NCBI GenBank assembly: GCA_002502685.1
Contig: DAQA01000008.1
Coordinates: forward strand, 1,213 to 65,044
Source of the DNA: Euryarchaeota archaeon UBA202
Lineage (GTDB): Archaea > Thermoplasmatota > E2 > UBA202
Direction of reading: 5' to 3'
DNA: 63,832 bases
Part shown: piece after piece, positions 56,044-63,832 of the stretch
How the letters are laid out: the number at the start of each line of letters is the position of its first letter
Position numbering within the stretch: position 1 is the first letter of the stretch
The notes under the pieces: generated by a model
Seen by the model: the letters and a program-made list of their open reading frames with translations, nothing else
Databases searched by the model: none
What the model was told of the DNA's origin: nothing
Made by a program: the position numbers and the translations under genes

Positions 56044-57212
56044 AGGCTATCTATCTTGATATTTTTTCAGGAATCAGTGGTGATATGTTTCTAGGGGCTC
56101 TTATCGATCTAGGAGCATCCGTGGATACAATAAAAAAGGCACTCTCATCCCTCAAAATCACGTTTGATATTAAAGTTCATAAAGAAAGACGATTGGTGCC
56201 TGGCATGAATGTAGAGGTGCTCTCATATGATAAAGTGGGAAGAAAAGTAAGCGATATCATAAGCCTGATTGAGAAAAGCACCCTGGATGATTGGATAAAA
56301 AAGACATCCAGTGAGGTTTTTAGAAGGATAGGTGATATAGAAACAAAAATTCACGGCAATAAAAACGTACAACTCCATGAAATAGGTATGGTAGATTCTA
56401 TTGTGGACATCGTGGGGGTTGTCACAGCGATACAGCAATTGGATATCGGCAAAATTTATTCTTCACCGATATCTCTTGGCCGGGGATTTATCAATTCACA
56501 TCATGGAAAACTTGCCGTTCCCGTTCCAGCCACCATTGAATTAGTTCGCGGTATGCCCGTTTATTTCACCAATACCCAAAATGAATTAGTCACTCCTACG
56601 GGTGCAGGATTACTCTCTGTTCTAGTTGATGAATTTACCTATCCTTCATTCATCGTCGATAAGGTGGGCTATGGAATGGGAAAAAGGACATTGCCCCAGC
56701 CTAATATCCTCCGGGTTATCATGGGGTCATATAATACCCTAGAAAAAGACAGCATCTGGGAAATTGTTGCCAATATTGATGACGTCAATCCCGAGTTTCA
56801 TCAATACCTCATTCATCGATTATTGTCACAGGAGGCTTTAGATGCAACCCTCACACCCACAATGATGAAAAAAGAAAGACTGGGGATCATTCTGACAGTT
56901 CTGTGTGCAAATCAGCATATTGATATGGTACAAGATGTCATCTTTCAGGAAACATCAACCCTGGGAATCCGGATGCGCAAATGTGATAGAGTTATCTTGC
57001 CTCGTGAGACTGCTACGGTTAAGACTCATCATGGAACAATCAGGGTAAAGATTGGACGATGGAAAGGAGACGTGGTTACCATATCTCCTGAATATGAAGA
57101 TTGTAAAAAAATAGCAGAGAAAAAGAATGTATCCCTTAAACAAGTGTATTATGATGCACAAAAAGAGGCTGAAAAATTCTTTGATTTATTTTCTAAAAAA
57201 AAGATGGCATAG
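56040..57212 (+). CDS. larC: LarC-type nickel insertion protein (DUF111), single unsplit ORF
   Basis: The N-terminus [26 protein letters not shown] is the DUF111 signature. The ATG at 56040 overlaps the larB TGA (ATGA). Confidence 0.8.
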   Translation: [390 protein letters not shown]

Positions 57213-57248
57213 AAAAAAGATTGGATAGAATTTTTTTATTTTTTTTCT

Positions 57249-58481
57249 TTATGTCTCTGGAATATTTACTTCGTATCTTAAAATTCCAGCTATTCCCCCA
57301 AAGGCCTTCTGAAGGGTATCTCCTTCCTCTGATTCTAGAGATATTATTTCTACTTTCGCACTGATTTCATCAGCTTTTTTAGAGAGATCATCGATAATAT
57401 CTTTCTTTTGTATCACCTCCAGTGGGCTTGCGCATTTGGGGCATGTTTCATCCTCTATTTTTTCCACAGTTTTATCCTCTTTATAGCCACATTGATTGCA
57501 TTCTTGCCAGATATGATATTTTCGTAAGCCCCCTGAGAGAATAAGCGTGTCCACTGCGCCCATCTCAAGAGCTTTTCTTACTTCCTTTTCCCCATATACT
57601 GCCAGGCCACTTTCATCACGTATTTTTTCCAAAAAACTGTTCATGATCTCCTTTTCATGGGCAATCTCCAGTTTTTCCAAACTTTTTGCGGCATTATTTA
57701 CCAGTTCTTTTAATCCATAGTCATCTGTATAGCCGGTGTCAAATATGCCAATGATTTTTTTTTGTATGGAGAACTGAAGGTATTCTTCATTGACAAATGT
57801 TCTTTTGGTGGGTCCTGGTCCTCCCACCAATATCCCCTTGAGATCTTTTTGTTCTTTGAACACTTCGAGTGCTTTTCCGGCGCATTTGACAAACCATTCA
57901 TGTGCCGCGATCTCTATTAGTCTTTCAAATCTTCGTTGTGATTGTCCCCCTCTCCCATGTTTGCCAGGTACCCGGGATGTTAGATAACTTACGGGTTCGA
58001 TACGTGTTCCAATGAGTAGTCCTATGGTGCATTCTCTTCTGTCTATTAAAAAGAGGCCGTATGTATCAATGTCCTTGATCATTTCCTCAAGGGGTTCTAG
58101 GAAAAATTGTGAATCGCAGCGATATAGATAAATAGAGATGGGGTAGGGTGGCTCTAAAATTTCTGATACCATCCTGGTTTGATTTCTTCCTACTAGCGCT
58201 TCTCCCACAAAAAAAACCACTCCGTTTTTTGGTGGTTTCTTGAAATATCTTAGTTTTGACTGGATTGATTCTATTGCCGAGAGGACATTTTTCCGTGTTG
58301 TTTTAGATTTAATATTTGATGATTGTGAGTATTCATCTCTTAGTTGGGCGACTACATCGTAGATTTGTTTATCCGGGGGTATGTAGAGGGTGATAAGTTC
58401 TGTATGTTGTCCTTTAATTGCTTCCAGTTCTTCAAGTTTTCTTTTAAAGCTATATTTTTCTCTGGGTGATAGTTCTTCCAC
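57249..58481 (-). CDS. prf1: Peptide chain release factor aRF1
   Basis: The NIKS motif (SSNIKSKTTR) and the GGQ motif (GRGGQSQRRF) are present. A C-terminal Zn-ribbon insertion (CNQCG...CPKC) is also present. Confidence 0.9.
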   Translation of the reverse strand: MEELSPREKYSFKRKLEELEAIKGQHTELITLYIPPDKQIYDVVAQLRDEYSQSSNIKSKTTRKNVLSAIESIQSKLRYFKKPPKNGVVFFVGEALVGRNQTRMVSEILEPPYPISIYLYRCDSQFFLEPLEEMIKDIDTYGLFLIDRRECTIGLLIGTRIEPVSYLTSRVPGKHGRGGQSQRRFERLIEIAAHEWFVKCAGKALEVFKEQKDLKGILVGGPGPTKRTFVNEEYLQFSIQKKIIGIFDTGYTDDYGLKELVNNAAKSLEKLEIAHEKEIMNSFLEKIRDESGLAVYGEKEVRKALEMGAVDTLILSGGLRKYHIWQECNQCGYKEDKTVEKIEDETCPKCASPLEVIQKKDIIDDLSKKADEISAKVEIISLESEEGDTLQKAFGGIAGILRYEVNIPET

Positions 58482-58998
58482 TTCCTTTGCATTTGCTCTC
58501 TGCTTAAAATTGTTTCGTGTATTAAAAAATTATAAAAAGGATGCTTTAATCTTTTTTTTTATTGTAAACTTATGTATTTGCTCGTTTTCTCTTTTTTATT
58601 GATTATACGTGATTAATATAATGTTTTTTTTTATCTATTATCCTGTTAACGTACTTAATGAAGTAAAGAGGATTATTGTTTATTTTTTATCCTTTTATGT
58701 CACTGTATATTATTTTGTTTTTGGTTATTTTCTATGTCTTGCCTTTTATTTTTTTCTTCTCAGTGCAACAATAATTATAAACAATAGCGTCAATATCATC
58801 CTCAAGAGGAATTACGTTATAACAGGAGGGGAAGAGTAAAAAAAATAAATATTTCGGCTCCTCCAGATATTTTTTCCTATGTCTTTTTCTCATCTCTCAA
58901 TCTTTTTTGACCCTTTATCTTGGTCAGCACTGATCAGGATAAAAAAATAATAACCTTTATATCTTCTTATTTGATAACAGTATTGGAGGCCTAAAAAT

Positions 58999-59376
58999 AT
59001 GAAAAAAATAATCATGGTTTGCCTCTGTACCGCACTATTTCTGGGGACACCTTTTACATCACTGGCAGCCCAACCAAAACCATTTGTGCCAGAACATCGA
59101 CAAATCGTATCGACACCAAATGGTGATGATGATGGGCCCTATGCAGGTGGTCTTGATGACCCTACTGATTGGATTTATTTAATATCTTTTATCGGCAATC
59201 TATTAATTATTCCTGGTTACCTATTAACATTGTTAATGGTCTCGGAAGAAAAAGGTCTTATTAGTATTGGTTTCGTTTGGAACTTTATGATTCTATATTG
59301 GTGTGTGCGTTATGGTGTTTTTTATGGCTTTGTTGAGGCTTTTGACATAAATGATGTCGATGAAGACGGCCGTTAA
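58999..59376 (+). CDS. Small secreted/membrane protein, function unknown
   Basis: It has a signal peptide (MKKIIMVCLCTALFLGTPFTSLAA), two TM helices and an acidic tail. Confidence 0.4.
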   Translation: MKKIIMVCLCTALFLGTPFTSLAAQPKPFVPEHRQIVSTPNGDDDGPYAGGLDDPTDWIYLISFIGNLLIIPGYLLTLLMVSEEKGLISIGFVWNFMILYWCVRYGVFYGFVEAFDINDVDEDGR

Positions 59377-59650
59377 AAAAATAGATCCTCCCGGCTTATA
59401 TTTTCTTGATTTTGAACTTTTCTATCTCAATGGGGGGCTGATCTCTATATCATCGCCTTTATTGACATTGTACATTTTGGCAATCTAGGTTGGAGAGGAC
59501 GGTTAATAGATTGTTTCCACATAACTGGGGCATGTTAATGATGGCATATTGAATAACATACTTATTTTCTCCCAAGTTGATATATACATTTGATGGGTAA
59601 CCTTGTAATAAAAATATAAATTGCCAAAAGAATTACATAGGTACAGAAAA

Positions 59651-59881
59651 ATGAATATTGTTGCCTGCCCAAGCTGTGGAAGTAAAAATATTCGCCAGGG
59701 AACCATCGGGAACGGGGTCTTAACTGGATATACCTCATTGGATGTATGCAGAGATTGTGGCTATCGAGGTATGCCCATTGTCTTTGATTCCAAAGAGGAA
59801 TACAAAAAATTTTTAAGGGAAATATCCAACACCAAAAAAGCCAATAAAAAAAGGGGCCATAAAACAAATGGGGGCACATAA
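59651..59881 (+). CDS. Small Zn-ribbon protein
   Basis: The sequence is MNIVACPSCGSKNI...VCRDCGY (CxxC...CxxC) with a basic tail. The ATG at 59651 is preferred over the upstream TTG. Confidence 0.45.
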   Translation: MNIVACPSCGSKNIRQGTIGNGVLTGYTSLDVCRDCGYRGMPIVFDSKEEYKKFLREISNTKKANKKRGHKTNGGT

Positions 59882-60101
59882 TTTCTTTTTATAGCGAATC
59901 ACCCAATATTGTAATGAGTGCTTTTTTGCCCGAAAGATGGCAAAAAATATGCACTTTCTTACTTTTTTCTTGCATTATATCCATGATATTGTTGGGTATA
60001 TATTTTTTTAGAATTTAATTTAGAAACATAATAGGCAATAATATTATCTAAAAAATTATAGCGTAGATTAGAAATACTAATTAACGATATGTTGGTAAGA
60101 T

Positions 60102-62510
60102 ATGGAGAAAATGCAAGATTTTGAGAAACTTGGAGTTTTCTATCTCGGTCGCCTTTACGATATGCGAAGCAAATCTCAGCTGGAAGAGTTATTGTTATAT
60201 GATTCCAAAGATTTGGTGACTCATGCAATCTGCATAGGTATGACAGGCAGCGGAAAAACAGGCCTGTGTATTTCACTTATTGAAGAAGCCGCAATCGATG
60301 GAATTCCAACCATTGCAATTGACCCCAAAGGCGACATAACCAACCTTCTACTCACCTTCCCAGAACTGAGAAGCAAGGATTTTGCTCCCTGGATAAACGA
60401 GGAAGATGCCCATAAGAAGGGCATGTCCCCTGAAAGCTATGCAGAGCAACAGGCAGATCTTTGGAGAAAAGGCCTTCTCAAATGGGGACAAGACGGCAAA
60501 CGAATCCAGCGTCTTCGTGAATCCGCGGATTTTACCATCTTTACCCCGGGTAGCAACTCTGGTTTTCCCATCTCGATTCTCAAATCCTTTGCTGCCCCCC
60601 CACCCATGATTAGAGAAGATAATGAACTCTTGCAAGAAAGAATAACCACTACTGTTACAAGTCTCCTAGGATTGCTGGGCATAGATGCTGATCCAATCCA
60701 ATCCCGGGAGCATATATTCATATCCACCATATTAGTAACATTATGGCAACGTGGCGAAGATTTTGATATTGGTCGTCTAATCCACCTCATACAAAATCCA
60801 CCCATAACACGTATTGGAGTCCTTGATATAGAATCATTCTACCCTTCAAAAGACCGCTTTGAGCTAGCAATGAAGCTAAATAACCTCTTAGCTGCACCTG
60901 GTTTCAGCCTGTGGCTTGAAGGCGAGCCATTGGATATTTCTGGATTACTCCATTCGCCAAACGGTAAACCCAGAGTTTCAATATTTTCCATTGCCCATCT
61001 AAATGATGCACAACGAATGTTCTTTGTATCCCTTTTACTCAATCAGATCGTGGGATGGATGCGTACACAATCGGGCACCACAAGTTTACGGTCGATTCTA
61101 TACATTGACGAAGTATTTGGTTACTTGCCACCAGTAACTAAACCTCCCTCAAAGACACCTCTTCTCACACTCTTAAAACAAGCCCGCGCCTTTGGTTTGG
61201 GGGTTGTTCTTTCTACACAAAACCCTGTTGATTTAGATTACAAAGCTATTTCAAATGCTGGCACATGGTTCCTTGGTCGTTTGCAAACTGAACGCGACAA
61301 AGCACGAGTAATGGATGGCTTAGAGGGAATCTTTCTTTCTGGTAAAAAGCAATTTGACAGGACAAGCCTTGATCAGATGCTCTCAGCTTTGGGAAAAAGG
61401 GTATTCCTGATGAATAATGTACATGAAAACTCGCCGGCAATATTTGAAACCAGATGGGCTATGTCCTATCTGCGCGGACCTTTGACACGAGAGCAAATCA
61501 AGCTATTAATTGAACCATTGAAGGACCAGCAAAAGTCAACCGAGTCACTTTATCCTAAGGCCACTCCATCATGGGATTCAGATGTTATTTCTGTGCCGGT
61601 AAAAGGGAAGCATCAGAAACCAGCTATGTTGCCAGGTGTTCCCCAATACTTCCTACCGGTAACCCTGAATCAATCAAAGGATTTTCCTGCAGTTTATTCT
61701 CCCTATATTATTGGAGCGGCACAAGTTCATTTCACACATGCGAAAACCGGAATTGATTTTACAAGGGATGTGGTATTTCGTACACCTGTTACTGATGATT
61801 CTATACCGGTGAATTGGGATACTGCGGAACCAGCAAATGTGAAACCTTCAGATTTGCAAAAAACAGCGGTAGAAAATGTTTTATATGCAGATGTGCCATC
61901 AGCGGCATTGAATACAAAAAACTATAGCGTATGGAAGAAAAACTTTGCGAACTGGTTATTTAAAACCCAGAAAATTCAGCTATTCAAAAGTGAAAACCTT
62001 AATGAGTTCTCGAATGTGGAGGAAACTGAACGAGATTTCAGGATACGACTTCAGCACATTGCTCGAGAAAAGCGTGATCAGCAGGTAGATCAACTAAGAG
62101 AAAAATATGCAAAGAAACTTGCTAAACTTGATGAGCGATTGAGACGTGCACAAGTAAAGCTTGAAGAGAGCAAAGCGCAGGCGCGGGTACAAAAATATCA
62201 GACGGCGGTTTCATTTGGATCCGCACTGTTGGGTGGTTTTGTTGGAAGAAAATCCCTAGGTAGTGTCACTAGCACTACTCGTGAAGTAAGTAGAACCATG
62301 AAGAAAGCACGGGAAAGAGAATATGCCAAGGAAAATCTTGAATCTATGCAACAGGAAAAAAAAGATTTGGAGACACAGTTTGAAAGTGATGTAAAGATGC
62401 TTGAGACCACGTTTGATCCAACCAGTGAACATCTGGAGAGCATTATGATTGCTCCTAAAAAGAGTAATATTTCAGTTCGTTTACTATCTCTTGCCTGGGC
62501 TCCATCCTAG
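60102..62510 (+). CDS. HerA/FtsK-superfamily P-loop ATPase (DUF87/DUF853, YjgR-like) with a C-terminal extension of about 300 aa containing a coiled coil
   Basis: Walker A is GMTGSGKTG, followed by IAIDPKGD. A Walker B-like ILYIDEVFGY and a VVLSTQNPVDLD motif are present. The C-terminus has charged heptad-like repeats. Confidence 0.7.
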   Translation: MEKMQDFEKLGVFYLGRLYDMRSKSQLEELLLYDSKDLVTHAICIGMTGSGKTGLCISLIEEAAIDGIPTIAIDPKGDITNLLLTFPELRSKDFAPWINEEDAHKKGMSPESYAEQQADLWRKGLLKWGQDGKRIQRLRESADFTIFTPGSNSGFPISILKSFAAPPPMIREDNELLQERITTTVTSLLGLLGIDADPIQSREHIFISTILVTLWQRGEDFDIGRLIHLIQNPPITRIGVLDIESFYPSKDRFELAMKLNNLLAAPGFSLWLEGEPLDISGLLHSPNGKPRVSIFSIAHLNDAQRMFFVSLLLNQIVGWMRTQSGTTSLRSILYIDEVFGYLPPVTKPPSKTPLLTLLKQARAFGLGVVLSTQNPVDLDYKAISNAGTWFLGRLQTERDKARVMDGLEGIFLSGKKQFDRTSLDQMLSALGKRVFLMNNVHENSPAIFETRWAMSYLRGPLTREQIKLLIEPLKDQQKSTESLYPKATPSWDSDVISVPVKGKHQKPAMLPGVPQYFLPVTLNQSKDFPAVYSPYIIGAAQVHFTHAKTGIDFTRDVVFRTPVTDDSIPVNWDTAEPANVKPSDLQKTAVENVLYADVPSAALNTKNYSVWKKNFANWLFKTQKIQLFKSENLNEFSNVEETERDFRIRLQHIAREKRDQQVDQLREKYAKKLAKLDERLRRAQVKLEESKAQARVQKYQTAVSFGSALLGGFVGRKSLGSVTSTTREVSRTMKKAREREYAKENLESMQQEKKDLETQFESDVKMLETTFDPTSEHLESIMIAPKKSNISVRLLSLAWAPS

Positions 62511-62628
62511 CTTTATGTGTTTAGATTCATCCTTCATTATTATGTGACAGGTGGCGATTTAGGCCTTTTTCTACAGAAAATTATAATACAAGAAAAGGCA
62601 TATCATTGACTTAACTAAGAGGAATAAA

Positions 62629-62844
62629 ATGGTAGTTGTAAAAGTAATTGAGGTAATAGGTAGCTCGTCAAAGAGTTGGGAAGATGCTACACAGAACGTT
62701 CTTAAAGAAGCTGCTGATACAATCAGGGACATCAAATCGATTGATGTAAAAAATTTTACTGCAAAAGTAAAAAATAACAAGATTGTGGAATATCGCGTTG
62801 TGGTGCATCTCGCCTTTGTTGTAGAAAAAGGACATACATACTGA
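62629..62844 (+). CDS. Dodecin-family small flavin-binding protein
   Basis: The 71-aa protein has KVIEVIGSSSKSWEDATQNVLKEAADTIRDIKSIDV...KIVEYRVVV, which matches the dodecin pattern as I recall it. Confidence 0.65.
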   Translation: MVVVKVIEVIGSSSKSWEDATQNVLKEAADTIRDIKSIDVKNFTAKVKNNKIVEYRVVVHLAFVVEKGHTY

Positions 62845-63253
62845 GTATTTTATTATAGGCCAAAGCCATCTCGAACCTGAGAAACCTGCAATAACACCTC
62901 CCTAATCGGATAGTGTACATTAGGGATGGAAAAGTAAGAAAAGATAATAATCCCTGTACCTAACTTCTTTTCCAACTTAATTGTTCCCATTATTTTAGTT
63001 AATGAACCCCCGGGCAGCAGAAAAAATAATTATTCTTTATACCTCTCCTTTTTTTCATTTCCAAAGGAATAGAAGTTTGTAGATTTTTTTCCCAATGGTA
63101 AATTAAATAAGCTTCTTTTTACTTATAATTTAACCAAAGGATATTACCTGATCTATACTTTCGATCATCTATCCACTAATGTTGATCTATAGCAGTGTTA
63201 TGTTTTCATAGGTGTACCATAATCTTTATCTTACTACAAAACTTTTGCAGTTT

Positions 63254-63832
63254 TCAAATTGAAAGAACATTCTTATGCTTTTTAGATTTCTTTAATAACT
63301 GGTTAAACACCCATCGTTTTAGTTTTTTACAGGCAGATCCCACTGCTTGTATTCCCTTGAGTATGGAGCAGAGAAAGGGATTGCACATAGCATTTTTTAG
63401 GAGGGTATACGCAAGGAAAACGAGGTGTAGGTGTATAACTACAGCGTCAAGTTTCCTTGCTTGATACTCACCCATTCCCAAATACTGTTTGCAATCCCTA
63501 TGAAACACTTCAATACTCCACCGCTTTTTATAGTATTCGAGCACGTGCATACCATCCAAACTTGTGTTGTTGGAAACAAGAAATGTGAATGCCTTACTGT
63601 TCTTCCTCCCCCTTAGAATCACCAGTTTCACTCTTCCAACATTCTTCATAACAATGATAGTTTCATAGAACCACTTGAATCGTTTCTCACCTATTTTCTT
63701 GTTGATGCGTTTGAACATCTTCCTTGGGAGATCTTTAACATACCTGCCAAGTTGTATCCAACCTTCGCCAATTTGAATAAGTCTATTGCTCCTTGCCTGC
63801 GATATCCAGGTAAGCCCACGGTTGTTACAGAA
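63254..63832 (-). mobile_element. IS4/IS701-like DDE transposase, C-terminal part (frame open to the right window edge)
   Basis: It has the C-terminal YKKRWSIEVFHRDCKQ (Y-2-R-3-E-6-K signature). The frame continues without a stop from 63718 to 63832, so the gene is truncated by the window. Confidence 0.65.

Noticed and set aside
58609-58839. 76-aa ORF (and the 58390-58602 ORF) in the aRF1 upstream spacer
   Set aside because: The peptide is extremely Phe/Ile/Tyr-rich and low-complexity, generated by T-rich DNA. There is no plausible start context.
1-63832. Search by eye for CRISPR arrays, cas genes, rRNA operons, integrases or provirus-like blocks
   Set aside because: I saw no regularly spaced direct repeats in any intergenic region. 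No Cas-like, integrase or capsid-like ORFs are present. There is no rRNA-like GC-rich non-coding stretch.

Overview
This window reads as chromosomal DNA from an AT-rich archaeon. The lineage call rests on gene content only: PolD large subunit, a two-gene RPA pair, aRF1, Elp3, KEOPS Pcc1, Dph6, a PGF-CTERM sorting signal, two intron-containing tRNAs, TATA-like boxes and oligo-T tracts after genes. I support about 55 protein genes, 2 tRNAs (Leu-UAA and Asp-GUC, each with an intron at the canonical anticodon-loop position) and one partial IS4-like transposase running off the right edge. I saw no rRNA, CRISPR array, cas genes, integrase or provirus-like block.

Layout:
- 1-4.7 kb: housekeeping genes (hsp20, trpS, purM, xth).
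- 4.8-9.8 kb: biotin and pyruvate carboxylase module (bioY; pycB-pycA-cupin-birA operon).
- 10-14 kb: TraB, plus a Nudix gene coupled to an unknown Cys-rich 517-aa protein.
- 14-23 kb: Usp, a DASS transporter, a flippase-like/UbiA pair, elp3, dut.
- 24-29 kb: Hef-like helicase and a 941-aa secreted transglutaminase-like protein.
- 29-41 kb: envelope glycosylation region (two DUF2029-like GT-C enzymes, GT2, GT4, a GT1-like enzyme, an epimerase, a radical SAM enzyme and two of the window's three flippase-like paralogues; the third is at 17.1-18.1 kb).
- 41.5-43.3 kb: pcc1 and a methanogen-type SerRS.
- 43.6-47.8 kb: three secreted PKD/beta-helix/lipobox proteins.
- 48-58.5 kb: dph6, RPA, PolD DP2, larB-larC, aRF1.
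- 59-63.8 kb: variable end with a GC-richer HerA/DUF853-like ATPase, a dodecin and an IS fragment.

I did not find a clearly delimited novel multi-gene system. The best candidates for follow-up are the compositionally foreign orphan HerA-like ATPase, the Cys-rich 517-aa protein coupled to Nudix, a Cys-rich mini-ORF interrupted by an in-frame TGA, the methanogen-type SerRS, an unusual TrpRS (Fe-S-like Cys motif plus an insertion), and the Dol-P-hexose/GT-C/flippase-like module. All functional calls come from motif recognition by eye. No database search or folding was run.
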